Shown in pieces: positions 38,101 to 51,550 of a stretch of 64,000 nucleotides of DNA. This DNA comes from Ginglymostoma cirratum. Taxonomy: Eukaryota. The notes beneath the pieces were generated by a model. It saw only the letters and a list, made by a program, of their open reading frames with translations, was not told the origin of the DNA and searched no databases. Made by a program: the position numbers and the translations under genes. Position 1 is the first letter of the stretch, and each line of letters starts with the position of its first letter. The stretch is taken from NCBI GenBank assembly GCA_024137785.1, contig JAHRHZ010000222.1, forward strand, positions 39,180,817 to 39,244,816, given 5' to 3'.

Positions 38101-39799
38101 AATTATTCTTGGTGGACCAGTTATTGTTTGTAGTAACCTATGCCAGTGTTCCTGATTTCATCGTGGAGTGGACCTCACTAAGTAGGAGGTTTCTATACAC
38201 CCATAACTGACAAAAACATGTGGCGCTATGAAATGTATCTGCTCCATCCCCAAATGATATCAATGGCACAAGTGCAGGGTAATTCACTCGCTTAGTTCAT
38301 TTGTGTGCGAGACACATAACTTATAAGTACGAAAGAGCAGGGAGTGACTTCTGAAGGCTTTGCTTAACTGGTGAAAGAACCAATGCAATCATTCATTCAC
38401 AGCAAGCTATTAATGGCTATTTTTGTAATTTTTTTAACATAAATTTAAAATGATAGCTTTATATCCTAAGAGAGGTTTATATTCAAGAGGTTCAACTTAA
38501 TAGTGCTACAGCTGTGAGGCAGTATTGTTAAACTGTTCAGGAGCTCAATGGTTTCTGAAACATTCTCAATGTCTGAGATTGGGGCTCTGAGGCTTTCAAG
38601 TGCCACATCTTGTGGGGCCTCCATACACTGCTCGTGCCCACAATCAGGAGCTGCTTATAAATCAAGGAGTAACCAGACATTATGTCGCACTATTCCTGAG
38701 ACTCTCTTTCCTCATTTGGAGAGCAGTCAGTCTTTCATTCCTATCCAGCATGCACATTTAGAGTGCCAAGCCAATAGGTTGTTCATAGTTGAGATCCTGT
38801 CTTCTCCCTAGTAATTAAAGGAACAGAGTTTCAATGTGGAAGAGAGTTACCTGGCCCTGACTGAATTATTATGCTGACACAATAATTAAATTGAATAAAT
38901 AAATCACTATAATGTTGTAGAGGGTGGAAGATACATGTTCTAAAAATTTCTACTGTATTCTGATAACAAACTGGGGAGTAGCGATGCTCGGGGATGGATT
39001 ATTTTCCATGTTGAACATCCAGTTCCAGTATCAAGTACTGCCAGAGCAACCAAACATGGCCACATGCAGGGTAATATTTTCTCTGCTTTGCACAAAGATA
39101 TGTCTTGTATCAGCTTCAAAAGAACTTCCCAGTAATACCCATGTGAATTTTTTAACTTTGTGAATCAGCTTTCTTATGACCTCAGAAACTGCTAGCACCA
39201 AATCGTGCAGATTCACAAGAGAATTTAAATTGACCAAATTTATTTCATATAAGTTTATGACAGCTGGGAGATAGAGAAGAGACTTTATTTTACTAATCTG
39301 AGAGCTATTAATTTGCTATCCCAGCTATTAATTTGCTATATCGACAGTATACTAATCCACAGTGCCACCTAGTCATTGTGAATATATGTCAAACATCACT
39401 TATAAATAGTCATTTTGTTTTAAGTAAGGTCTGTATTTAGGAGCCCCTAACAACCCACTGCATCTCAGTACAACCATTGGTAGAATGACTTGGTTATCCA
39501 ATGGCCCAAAATATAATGAGGATAACTGCATCTGAAATTCCCCATACATCACTTTCCAGCTAATTCCAGCAAGGCCATTTCAAGACAGGCCTACTGTACT
39601 GCCTGGATATTGACCATTAAGGGTGAGCCAGTGTAACTACCCAGGGTGGAAGTTGCAGGTTCAATCTTCCATTTGAAGTCCTGTTCAAAATCGGTAACCT
39701 GTCAGAAGATTTTGAGCTCTGGTGAATATTTCTTATTAAAACAAAATCTTGGCAGTTTGGAGAGTTAGGTGGGGTCTCAAAGCAGCCCAGCAATCTGTG

Positions 39800-40550
39800 A
39801 ATCAGCAATATACTCGGGTTGCTCAATCACTGTTCACAAATTGTCTTCCTCTCCCATTCTGGGAGTGACATTGGCTCCATGCAGTAGCAATCTGCTGTTT
39901 TCTCTTAGGATCACAGCATTCATACTTTCATCATTGCCACTCTGTAAGTGCCCTTGCTGTTGCCTATCAGCTAGTCAGCACAGACTGCTACTTCCCAGTG
40001 CAAAGCAAAAATACAGGCCAGTGATCCTGTCTAAGAACTCTGACAGTATCAAGATTTCTCAGTGGCACAACATTGTTTCTCTTTCACCTTAATAACAAAG
40101 TTAGGAGATCCAGTCTCTGTATCATCCTCTAAAATTTGTTCAGTGCCACTATCTGAGCTGTTGTGAATGTCAGATTGAGTGATAGTACTTCTCCCTCCTC
40201 ATTTCTTCTTCCTCTAGGTGTTCAGTCTCCCCACACCACTGTCTGGCTAGGCAGCAGTTCTTGGGATTTCAATACCACAAAGACACATGAACAAGGTTGG
40301 ATTGACTAAAGGGGGTAAAGCAAGAGTTTAGACTATGTACATATTTGTAAATCATTACGGATTGAGGGTTGAGAGGAAGTGGAATGTCAAGTGGTGCATT
40401 AGGCATGAACATACCATTATCCTGGATGGTTTCAGCCACTCTGCTGACCATGGCTATCGCAGTTACTTCTAGTACCATCTCTTGTGCATGCCCCCTCCCC
40501 ACTCCCTGAGCAGATTTCTGCTGCTACCATCTATTATGGGGCACTTCATC
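39800..40550 (-). mobile_element. Harbinger Myb/SANT partner gene remnant (exon 40415-40550 plus downstream exon traces)
   Basis: TTCTTTTGCAG|GATGAAGTGCCCCATAAT...CAGGATAATG|GTATGT encodes DEVPHNRW*QQK...EMVLEV...AETIQDN. Homologous to the DKLGHN exon at ~47403. Confidence 0.5.
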
Positions 40551-40611
40551 CTGCAAAAGAAGATGAAGCATGCTATTGAGTATGGTACAATATATTTGGG
40601 TAATATGCCTC

Positions 40612-40705
40612 AGAGATAATGGGAACTGCAGACGCTGGAGAATCGTGACAACAAGGTGTGGAGCTGGATGAACACAGCAGGCCAAGCAGCATCATAGGAG
40701 CAGGC
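40612..40705 (-). mobile_element. Penelope-type short repeat (truncated before the hammerhead core)
   Basis: 'gagataatgggaactgcagacgctggagaatc..gagctggatgaacacagcaggccaagcagcatcataggagcagg' is the reverse complement of 61755-61848. Confidence 0.75.
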
Positions 40706-40819
40706 CTGAATTAAATAACTGGCAATACATACAAATTGAGTGTCCATCTTCCAGCAGGGCTAAGTGCCAGAGTGAGGTGAAGCAAATGCATATAAGACAT
40801 ACCTCAAAGTTGATAGAAT

Positions 40820-41775
40820 TATATAAACAAAGAAAACAGGAGTGGGAGTAGGCTTTGGCTCATTGAGCCTGCTCTGCCATTCAACATGACCACAGATGAT
40901 CTTTTTTCTCATTGTCATACTCCCACTCTCTCCCCTTAAACCCTGACACTTTTAACTTCTAGAAATCTACTTATTTCTTTTTCCCACCTCCAAAAATTTC
41001 CAGTCTCTGAGTGAAGAAATGACTCCTCACCTCCGCCCAAAATGGAACACTACATATCCTGAGATTGTGACTCCTTGTTCTGGACCTGCCAGCCAAGACT
41101 AACATCATCCTTGCACTCAGTTTGTCCAGCCCATTCAGAATTTTGTATATTTCAATGCGATCCCCTGTTCTTCGAAACTCCAGTGAATACAGGCCTAGTC
41201 CATCCAGTCTACCCTAACACAGTAAACCTGCCATCCCAAGAATCAGTCTGGTGAACCTTCGCTGCATTCCCTTTATGGCATATGTATCATTTTTTGAGTA
41301 AGGAGACAAAATCAGTAAATAATATTCCAGGTATGTTCTCGCCAAGACATTGTACAGCTGCAATAAGACTTCTTTGTTCCTGTACTCAAACCCACTTGCA
41401 ATGAAGGATAGCTTTCAGTGTCTGGGGTACAAGGATCCCCCTGTCTCTTTATACATCATCCTTTCCCAGTCTATCACCATTTAAATAATACACTGGCATT
41501 CTGTTTTTCCTACCAAAGTGGACAACTTTACATTTGCCCACATTATATTGCGCCTGTTATGCATTTCCCCATTCACTCAATTCGTCTAAATCACTCTGAA
41601 GTCTCTTTATATCCTCATCACTCACATTCCCACCTAGTTTGATGTCAAGCTCTGTCAAATTATGAACATGTTTGCCTTTAGCAAATCCTTTCTGGCTTTC
41701 CTTAAGTAATCTACATTTGTCCAAGTCACTGTTGATTTCGTCCCAGATTATTATTTCTAACAGTCTTTCCACTGT
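40820..41775 (-). mobile_element. CR1-clade LINE fragments (3' end plus RT pieces)
   Basis: ORF 41557-41772 LLKESQKGFAKGK / DIKLGGNVSDEDIKRLQSDLDELSEW fuses two RT segments. CR1 tail at 40820-40890. Confidence 0.88.
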
Positions 41776-43959
41776 TTTTTTTCAATCAATCTATTCAGAC
41801 AAGATATTAAACACAACGGGAACTGGAACAGGTAGGACTTGGTCCAGAGAGAGGAACACTAACAAAGTGACACAAATGCCCAAAATCAATAGTCTTTTGG
41901 CAGGCAAGTTCAAGTACTATGGTGAAGGGAACAATGTGATGCGGTTGATAGGATATGGACTGTGATAATGGATTTATTAACCTTGACCACACTTGTGAGA
42001 CTACTAAAGTTATTGCAACATTGCACTCAGGTCCTTGGGGCTAAACTTCCGGCATCCAACACAACGGCTACCTGCACCAACTTCCTTCTCAGCACTTGTC
42101 TGGAAGCCCTCTTGAGGGAAGGGAACCTCCCTTTCTGTCCAATTTGTACATCAAGGTCTCAAGTATAACATTTAAGAATCATAGGGTGCACTGTCTGGTC
42201 TGTGCCCCATTTGTGTAGTTTCCACACTCTTTCAAGCCATTCCAATCCCTAGAATGAACCTTTAGAGAGATGCAGACTGGCTTTAAACATTGCAGGCATT
42301 TAAACATTTAAATGGTGCAAACTCTAATCCCTGCTGAGGCATGCAGGCACTCAGCAGAGCATTCAGCAATCATTATAGTTAACAGGCAATGTGAACTTTT
42401 CTGTCTGTATCACATTGACTCGGCATCAGTTAATTCCGCATTTCAATCCATGTGTCTGATTTTGGGTGCTATTGAAATTTGTCCCTTTTGTGTTTATATA
42501 TCTGGGAGTGCTATATATGGTAACTCTATTGAACGGTATTATAAATCTGTTACTCCTTTGAAATAGGGCTCCATAAATTCTTTATTTGAAGTACATTCAG
42601 TGATCTGTGCTTAAAATGTATAGCCTTAGGCTGTGCGTTGCAATTGAGATCCATGGAGACACTGATCTCTTCTTTACCATTGCTCAAACTGCACTTGCTC
42701 AGGTGCGACCCTTGTATTACCAGCGCATTTGTAATTATGCATAATGGGAATGAGAGCACAACATACAAGCAACTCTGTCCATTTGCACAATGAGGGATAT
42801 TTACTCTTATCAGCTTGTGTTCTGACTCCCAGGCAATCACTAAATAATGCTGGAATCAGGTTAGAGGATCTATCTACTCACAAGGAAGCAGAACCAAACA
42901 TCATTGTGCAAATATTTCCTCTGCTTTCAACTAATGAAAAAACAAACCAAATGTATAAACTGTTTCTAAAGTAGGCTCCTGTAAACTGCAAGTGAGAGCC
43001 TGCAGAGGATCTAAAGGGAAGAAAGTAGTATTGCTTTGAGTGAGTTATAATCATTATTTGCCTATCCTTCCGATTATGACGCTACAGAGATAGTTGTTAG
43101 GCATGTCCAAGCAAGAGAGATTGAAAAAGACATTTTAATAAGAAGAGGTTTTGAAAGATCCCATTTGCTTGTCTATTGATTTGTACCTGGGTTGGAATCT
43201 TACAGGGGCCTGAATGATGTGGGCTATGGTGAGAAATCTAGGACAGTTGCATGAGAGGTCAAATAAGGTCCATCTTGACACTGAAAGCAACTAGCTGCAT
43301 TTTCTAATAGAGTTTCCAATGTTGAGGTGTGATTTTCACTTGGCAACACTGAGATGCCTATTAAAGGGGGATTATTGGTTATTGTCAGTCTAATTAACTG
43401 CAGGTCTCTTCCTTGTTAATATGCAACCTCCAATTCTGCCACAGGCAGAAAGGCAAACTAGACACTGAAAAATCTGACATGCAAGCCTGAGTGGGTACCC
43501 AGTGACTCCAGCTCACGGCTTGTTTCCAAAACACATCTGTTTTGGATTCCAGGTACCACACCTCACCACAGCACACTCCATGGGGAGCAACTGTATGAAC
43601 CCCATGTCACAGACCTTGGCATCGGAAACATGCCAGGCTTTCTGCATTACTATGGTCAGCCACAGGATACTTCTGCACTTTAACGCTGCACGATGGGGCA
43701 CACCAGCAGCTAAATTTGCAATGTTGCTGCAAGGAGACTTTACAAGCAGGTACAGGCAGCCAGCTTATGGCTTGGAACAGACTGCATCCCCGGGCTGTTC
43801 ACTTGGTCTCTTAGCACTCGCTCACTTTGAACCAACTGGATGCTCACAGACTCTCTTCCTTGCCTAGCCCTTTTGCACTTTACCCTCTCAGCCAGAACTA
43901 CCAGGCTCACAGTACATCTGTTACTTAGTTTGACTCAGTCCAACAAACAAACCAAAGGC

Positions 43960-44210
43960 ATCTCTTACTTGAACAAGACAAGACTATATTTACATGCATT
44001 TGAGCACTGGGAGGGTGTGATAACCGAATGGACTCTCATTTAACTTCAGCATAAGACCTCAGACAGTGGTCTTTCCCCACTGAGCTTTGGCAGCAGCTGC
44101 CCTGAGCTTTAGTGTGCCCCTCAGCACGTAGTCCTAGACCTTGGCATGTGCCAGTCTGCAACATTTGGTTGGGGTCACCTCCTTGGTCTGGAAGACCAAC
44201 AAGTTCCCCT
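43960..44210 (-). mobile_element. L1/Tx1-clade LINE ORF2 C-terminus and 3' UTR
   Basis: Minus strand NLLVFQTKEVTPTKCCRLAHAKV*DYVLRGTLKLRAAAAKAQWGKTTV*, which I recognise as the C-terminal end of Tx1-type ORF2. Confidence 0.7.
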
Positions 44211-45819
44211 AGTGCTTAAAGTCACAAATTTCCCCTGATCTGCCGTGTCCAGGACAAGTGTCACAAACCATGCAGGGCAGCTCCTGTCCAACCGTGCTTA
44301 ACTGGGTACACAATGGCTTTTTGAAGATGGCACCATTGACAGGAATGCCAGTGTATTCTGAGATATCTGGGCAGTGGTAGTTCTTCCGGCCAAGGTGAGT
44401 GATAAAATTGGGCCAGCATCAAATGAAAGGGACAAGGATAATGAAATGCATTTGGGATGACAGCACAAGAAAAACCTGTTATGCCTCATGGAGAGAAACT
44501 CTCCATGAAAATCAATGACTTAGCCAAGAACATAAGATTTAGCCCATTTGTCTTTCAATGATCCGAAAGACAACACTGGAATTTCTGGACAGGAAAGGAA
44601 ATGAGAATAATTGATCTATTTCAAGTTTACACTCACTAATAAACCACCTTCCTGTCATAAATTTTGGCTTTTATTCTTGCTTTTGCTCAGATGACAAAGT
44701 TTTAATTTGTTGTTAGTATCACAACCTATGACACTACAACAGTGGCTGGGCTATATTGGATATCTGTTTCAAAGAGTGGTCAGAGGCACAATGGGCCAAA
44801 TGACCTCTTTCTATTTTGTAGGATCTGTAAACCATTGTTTAATGCAAATATTAGCCTGAAGCAAAATGTTCTAGGCTTCACCACTACCAGATATTCAGAT
44901 GAGGCTGCTTTTATTAAGCTTTTAAAAAGTGACCCCAGCATGTTTATAGATTGACCATTATGATGGGAGTTTACATTAAAGTTTGTCACTGAGCTCATTT
45001 TCCTCTATGCTACATCCTTTGGGAATGTTATTCAAATTATTTAGTCCTTCTGAACACTGTGGTGGTTCCAGATACAATGTTATTTACAATTATAGGCACA
45101 TACAGACTGATGGAATTTTGATTCAAATATTGCAGCATTCATTAAGCTTTCAAAACTACATTAGAAGTCACTTGAAATATCTGAAATCTGAATTATGCTG
45201 ATATCAGGTGGTATTACTCAGGTAGCACTTAAAACTTCTGAGTTTTACAAACTAATGGCAACAGTATTTCTGGAACTCCTGGAAGCTTATTTACCCTGGT
45301 GTTTTTTGCATGCAGGCAGAGAATTTCAGTGGGCATAGCTGGAAAACATCACAATCACAAAAGTTCATGTGTTGTGAGGTTTTCACATTGAACAGTTATG
45401 CGCAAATTAGCCTAGGAAGTAAAAATTGCAATTTTGTACTCATGCCACAGTTATTCTGACATTTTCTTGACCATTTCTGATCTATTTGTCCTTTTTTGTA
45501 AATTCAATGCTGAAGTGTGTGTATGAGAAACATTCAGTTATGTATAATTTCAAGAATGTACTTTACTGCATGAGTAGGCCCTAGGCCCCAAGTTCTGAAA
45601 ATTAAACATCATATTATTTTGAAGGAAATTTTGAAACTAAAACAAACCACTCAAACTTGTCTCTCCTTTTACTGATTTTATTTCTGGGAAAATCTTTTTT
45701 TTCAGTTGAACTAAGTTTAGAAACTCAAAACTATGTATGGAATTTAATGCCCTTTCCCATGGAAGTTTGATAGTGGAGGGGCATTTATTCATTTGGGAGG
45801 GTTGTGGATAGTAACCTTC

Positions 45820-46050
45820 CCACTTCCATCCAAACTAAGTTATACCAACATACAGATGCAGGGCAGTTGTAGGCTGCTTGGCACTCCAAACTTACTCCAT
45901 CTTTCAATAAGATCATTACTGATCTGGTTACTCCATATTCCCACCTTCTCCAATAAGCTTTCATCTCTTTGCTTATTAAGAATCTACCTACCACTGTCTT
46001 AAAAGTATTCAAAAGCTCTACTTTCACTGCCTTCTGCGGAAGAGAATACC
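45820..46050 (-). mobile_element. CR1 3' end fragment
   Basis: ORF 45785-46027 VKVELLNTFKTVVGRFLISKEMKAY is the typical CR1 terminal peptide. Confidence 0.75.
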
Positions 46051-46330
46051 ATGTGGAACCAATTGACTGACTATGGCTTGTGGCCCACTCCTTGGACTAC
46101 AGAGGCATTAATCCCCGATCAAAAACACCCCAAACGGACATCCAACCGTGACCAATTCCGAGGACTAATATGTGGGACTACCTCAACTTACTGTGTCTCC
46201 ATAGACTTCAATGAGGATTACGCCCTGCATACACAAATGCTGCACATGCGGTGTTTTTGCCACGTCAGTTGTCGGCACCTGTGGTACTGATGTAGAACAC
46301 TGCCGTACAGAAAGATGTGTGCTCCCTAGA
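46051..46330 (+). mobile_element. Probable Vingi/Ingi-type LINE C-terminal fragment
   Basis: Across frames: LIPDQ...PRTNMWDYLNLL...LQ*GLRP...CTCG...VVGTC, resembling the PR..W..LNRLR..WG...C.CG...H...C terminal zinc motif. Confidence 0.35.
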
Positions 46331-47399
46331 CTGAGGACAACTGCCAGCAGCACAAGGTGTCTGGTTTTGTGACTGTTCTAATTGGCACGGCATGGCAAGG
46401 CACAGGAAAGCAGTGTTGCTGTGGGCATGCAGGAGCAAAGTGAGTGACTTCTAAGAGAGCATGCCCACAGCCCTGAGATGGCTCAGTCTTTAATCCATAT
46501 ATGTAGTACAATGTTCGTTACTCTTACAACAGGACTTTCTTAGTAATAACAATTAAAACCTGAAAATCCCCCCAAAAAATAGAGTTTGTCTCTTTTCATC
46601 ATCTTTGTTTTATTTTTTAAAAAGCACATTTTTTTTCCATTCTTTCACTTCGCTAACATCCTACACCAATGCCAATTGAGAGGGCAAACAGGTAATATGG
46701 TCCAGGCCTTTCTAATGTTGCCTAAGCTTTCTAATCTTGAGCTAAGATAGAATGGCTCAGGTTGTTGGTCGACTGACACTGTTCTTAGCATGTGGGGACC
46801 CGAGGAAGACTAAATTGGATAGCCTCAAAAACATTTGTGTTCCCTGCTCACTCAATGTTCAAGCTTGTTGCATGCATAGTACTGACAAAGCTATTCATTG
46901 AGAGTAAGCATCAACAAGGGCACAGAGTTGTTAAAACGAACCAATGAAATGCTCGTTAAGATTAATCTCTACTGTTCGAAGCTGGTTTGCATCTCTTAAA
47001 GGGGAGATATATTGTCCTTAGGTCAGGTGTTGGCTGTTGTCCAGGAAGTAAAATGCCCTTTATTTGTAAGCCCTCTAAAACAGTGTTTCCCAAATGTTGC
47101 CCTATTATGACCCAATTTTGCTGAGCAAACGTTGCCAGGACTCCAGGCTTTTGAGAGTGTGATTGGGTTGATGGAGGGGGTGTTGTTGCTGTAAGACAAG
47201 GGGGAAGGTACCAGATACAGTGGTGGGACAGGGTGGAATCTGTGAGACTGGGGAAGGGGCTGTGTGGCTGCGCCTGTGAGACCAGAGGTTGGTGGATGTG
47301 TTAGGGGCAGAGGGGAGCAGGGGGTGTGGTGGTTAATGCCTGCTTGCACACATTGCAGATGAGCAGATCACATCACACACTGACATACTTTCTCTTTTG

Positions 47400-48572
47400 C
47401 AAGACAAGCTGGGACACAATCATTAGCTAACAGGAGAAGGGCACGCCTGTCCTGATCTCTATCAGGAACAAAGCAATGACTATTATTGTGCACCTATTGC
47501 TGAGGTGTGTGTTTGAAACCCTCATTTGTAATCCTCTTTCTCAAAACCCATAGCTCCCTCATCCAACATGCTTTTCTAATTTACAGGCAACAGAATTTGT
47601 GTGTATGTACCTCCGACTTTCTACACTTTAATGCTCCACTGTTTTGCTTTTGTATTCTTTTGCAAAAGCTCTATCCTGACCAGACAGTGAAGAAACACTC
47701 AGAAGAGAGGGATGATAAAGCCATGATACTGCCACTTGATTTCTCATTCAAAGTCATTAGCTCTGGCATTGCATGTAGCTTACAGTCAGGATTTGCAAAT
47801 GATGAGACAGAAGACACAAGGGCACTGCAGCCAGGGCAAGGGGTGAGACTGGCACAGGTGTCAGGTCATTGTAGGGGCTGCTGCAAAGGGTTCAGATGAG
47901 CACTGTGACCTGGAGGCCTTTAGAAGAACACTGATGAACAAGCACAGCATAATACTAGCTTCAGAGACTAGCCTGCCACAAGGCATATGGTCAATATCGG
48001 GGAACATGAAGGCATGCAGCATCAAATTATTACAGAACTTTGTGCAGAGGTTGGACCTCTCCTTTCCAGTCTGGATGTGCTGGCTAACTATTTGCTCATC
48101 CATATGGATCTATCAAAATGCAGAATTTGACATCTCCAATTCCATCTCAGCACAAACTGAATTCATTCTTGCTGTCAACATGGAGATGCAAAGGTGCTTA
48201 CATGGTGTCACAGGGGCCCCAACAATTTGGTTGATACTCCGCTATGGAAGATTAGCAGTGACTCTGTGGAGAACAGACCTCTCGGGAAGAAGACATTTGT
48301 CCTCCCACCACTGGCACTCAACCAATGCTCTTGCCTTTGCCTGCCAGCTTGCTCAGAATGCTGCCAACCATGCTGAGATGATGCAGTCTGCAACTGAACT
48401 GTTTGGCCTAAAGATTCCAAGGTTGTATTTTAAAGCCAAGTATAATCTCCTCCATTTAAGTCACCTCCCTTCCACCAGCTATGTTAAAACCAGTGGGATG
48501 GCCCTCCATTGGAGCACTGGAAATGGCAAAGGCAAATGGAAGATAGGGAGAGCATCAGTGAATATGACATGA
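47400..48572 (+). mobile_element. Harbinger Myb/SANT partner gene remnant (exon 2 and long C-terminal exon)
   Basis: Acceptor-like TTCTCTTTTGCAAG then DKLGHNH*LTGEG. Downstream SDEHCDLEAFRRTLMNKHSIILAS..SLPQG runs into the 212-aa ORF 47934-48572. Frameshifted and low-complexity. Confidence 0.5.
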
Positions 48573-48975
48573 CAGATAGACATTGGTGCTTCATACAACA
48601 TCATGAGCTTCCAAGAACTGTGCAAATGAAGCCCTTAAAGGTAAAGGTTGAGACTATTTGCTGGAACTACACACATCTGAAGAGGACAAATGATGCTGAG
48701 AGCTAAAAGCAATGGGAAGAATGAAGATTTGGCATTCCAGATAGGAGATGTTCAGTAAACTCCACTCATCTCAATTGAAGTAATTCTAAAGTTTGGACTC
48801 ATAACCTTACATATGCCAGAAAAGATTTGTACCATTTCATAGACCACTAAACCATTGACTATTGAGTAAATTCCTAGGAGATTACAAAACTGTTCTTATA
48901 GCTTTTGAATGTCTTCCTGGTGAACATGATCTTAAGTTAGATAACAGTATGAGATGGATCCTGTGGCATTGCATT
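48560..48975 (+). mobile_element. Gypsy pol aspartic protease / RT-linker fossil
   Basis: QIDIGASYNIMS (a D[T/S]GA motif variant), LISIEVILKFGLITL and CLPGEHDLKLDNS. Confidence 0.6.
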
Positions 48976-51319
48976 CAAGTTCAGGTATTTGTCAACTTTC
49001 AACTACCACCTAGAATAGATCAATGAAGACTTTTGGAGGAAAATTTTTTAATCACCCATCAATTTTCATGCACATATAATAGAAATTTCTGAAGTCTACA
49101 TTGTTTGTGCCATGTGTGGTATATGATCTCAGGTTCTTGTATATACTGTGGTATCCAGTATTTACCTTTGTACTACTTGCTATCCCACCCTCTTATCACT
49201 TAAAATCTAAAGGTTATTGCCACTCTCATTTCTGATTTCTCTGCTGTCTTTTGCCATGGAAAAAAGAAAGTCAATTTTCAAATTCTGTCTGTCAGGGACT
49301 GTTATAGAATGAGGGAAGAGCTCCAAATGGCTTGGTGTGCACTATAGTCTGTTCAGTATTGCTGAGTCCCGGAGGTACTATTTAATCTCCGGGTTATGCT
49401 ATTGTTTTTGTTGGATCACTGGCTGCACCACATCCAGTTCTACTTACTGTTTCAAATAATATATTTAATGGCTGCCACAAACTAAAGTGAAAGCAATTTA
49501 CAGCAGAGGTGGAAGTTGTTACTATGGCTAGCATTCTATACACTGATGAATTTCTGAAAACACCCCAATTTTATTAAGAAAATGCACAAACTATCAGTTG
49601 AAAATACAAATTACCCAATATCCAAGGTCAACAAAGAAAATTATCATTCATGGACAAAACTGTGTTAATTCTAGTCTGTCCCGTTTTGATCAGTCTCTGC
49701 ACATTTATTTCATTGATTAACTCTAAAGCATCCAGGTCTTTTAATGATATGCATGTGAGATGTGGTCAATTTCTATGGCATCTGCTCAGTCCTGGGCTGG
49801 TGTTCCTTCTCCAGAGACTGTCTTTTCAGTGGGACTGCTTCAAATGTTTGCCTTTTAGATTTTCTTCTCATTCCATTCTTTTTCTTTACTTATCACACTT
49901 CTTCTGCTTTTCTGTGATGCCTGACTCTTCAGCTGTAACTTGCTTATCATTGGCTGCTGGTTCTGAAAGAAATAATTCCTTGACCTTCTCATTTTTATTT
50001 GATGATTGTCCTATCAGTGCTGAAACAGAACAGGAAGCAGGTAAAGCTAAATTCCCCAGGTCAAACCTGTGGCACTGATTTTTTTTGTGTAGGACCAGGA
50101 GGAGCGTTCATGTCTCCTGGTTCCATATCAATGTTTCTCTTTGCTGCATGCCCTTGGTGCCATCTTCCCCTGCCCATCCTCCCCTGAATGGTTACCGGTG
50201 ACTTGGTTCTGCACACAAGCTGCTGGATTTCCCACTCTTCTTCTTTCTTCCCTTCACCACTCCCCCCAACACCCCAATTGTCAAGCCAATCCCTAATCTA
50301 TCCAAACAAAGCCATATGAAAATGGTTTGATCCTCTTGCTTGTGCCATCAAGCAGATGTTCTGTTTGTTTTGAATACTGCTTGCCTAATGTGTGATATTT
50401 ATGGCAATCAACTCTGGGATGTTTATGAAAATATGCACAGCTTTTTTGGTTGGTCCAAAGAAAACATCTAAGCTGCTACATGAACTCCCTTTATTTAATG
50501 GTCTGTTTTGGTGGTATTTCATTGGAATCGAAAGCAAACAATGTTTTCCTCTGCAATCTACTCAATAATATAGAATTCTTAAGTAACTAAAACATCCCAA
50601 GTGCTGTTAACTAAGCTCAGCTACATAAGAATCAGAAATGAAGAAGAAAATACATTGACACTTATTTGGAGAAAACCAAGTTTTAAGGCACAGAAATTTA
50701 CAATAATAAATATTGCTATTCTATAGCAGCCTGTGACTTTTTCCAATAAATATGGATGTTGGTTCCTTTGCATTGCTTTATTCTTCCATGAAGACATTGT
50801 GTCAATGTCTTTAAAAGAATACGTTGATGTGTTGCTATGACAGCTGAGCAAACCATTTTGTGAAAGTATAATCTTAATCTGCAGGCATCTTAAGAGTTAT
50901 CCACTCGCTGTTAACAGCAAGTGCTTTTACCTACAAATCAAGCTGTTATTTATCAGGCAATACATAACCTTGTCTACACACAATTGCTGATGTGCGTTAT
51001 CTCTGGTGTACTGTTGGATTGCTCATTTTTCATGATCACCATGAAAAATACTGCAAGCATTTACCAACGTTAATAGGTTGCTTTATAGTGTATTGTATGA
51101 TAATAGTACTCCATATCAAAATGATTCTTTTTGTTGTTTCATGGAATACATCACCTTTAGAAAACTATTTTCCTAAACTATAGAATTTATAAAGGCACAC
51201 CAAGCTATATATTTATATATCATGTAGCATCCTGAGAACAGTGTTTCTCCTTTTAGTTTGCTACAGCACATTTCTCCGGCTGATACTGTTTGATTTCAAT
51301 TCATTGCTGTAATATAGAC

Positions 51320-51550
51320 GTCACTGGCATTTATTACCCATCCTCATTTGTTCTTGAGTAAGTAGCCATATTATTGAACTACTGCAGCCTGTGCAGGTGA
51401 ATATATTTCTGCATTGACTTTAAGTAGGGGCATTTAGAAACTTCACTCAGTGACAATGAAGGAACAGTAATTAGTCTAAGTGGTGTGTCCTTGGAGGAAA
51501 TTTGAAGGTGACGGTGTTCACTTGTACCTGCTGCCTTTTTATTTCAAGAT
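51320..51550 (-). mobile_element. CR1/L2-group LINE 3' end
   Basis: 'gtcactggcatttattacccatcc..ttcttgag' is the reverse complement of the tail seen at 22620-22690. Confidence 0.6.

Noticed and set aside
49650-50078. 142-aa ATG-initiated ORF
   Set aside because: Its Phe/Leu/Ser-rich composition is explained by T/C-rich sequence, with no motif or splice support.
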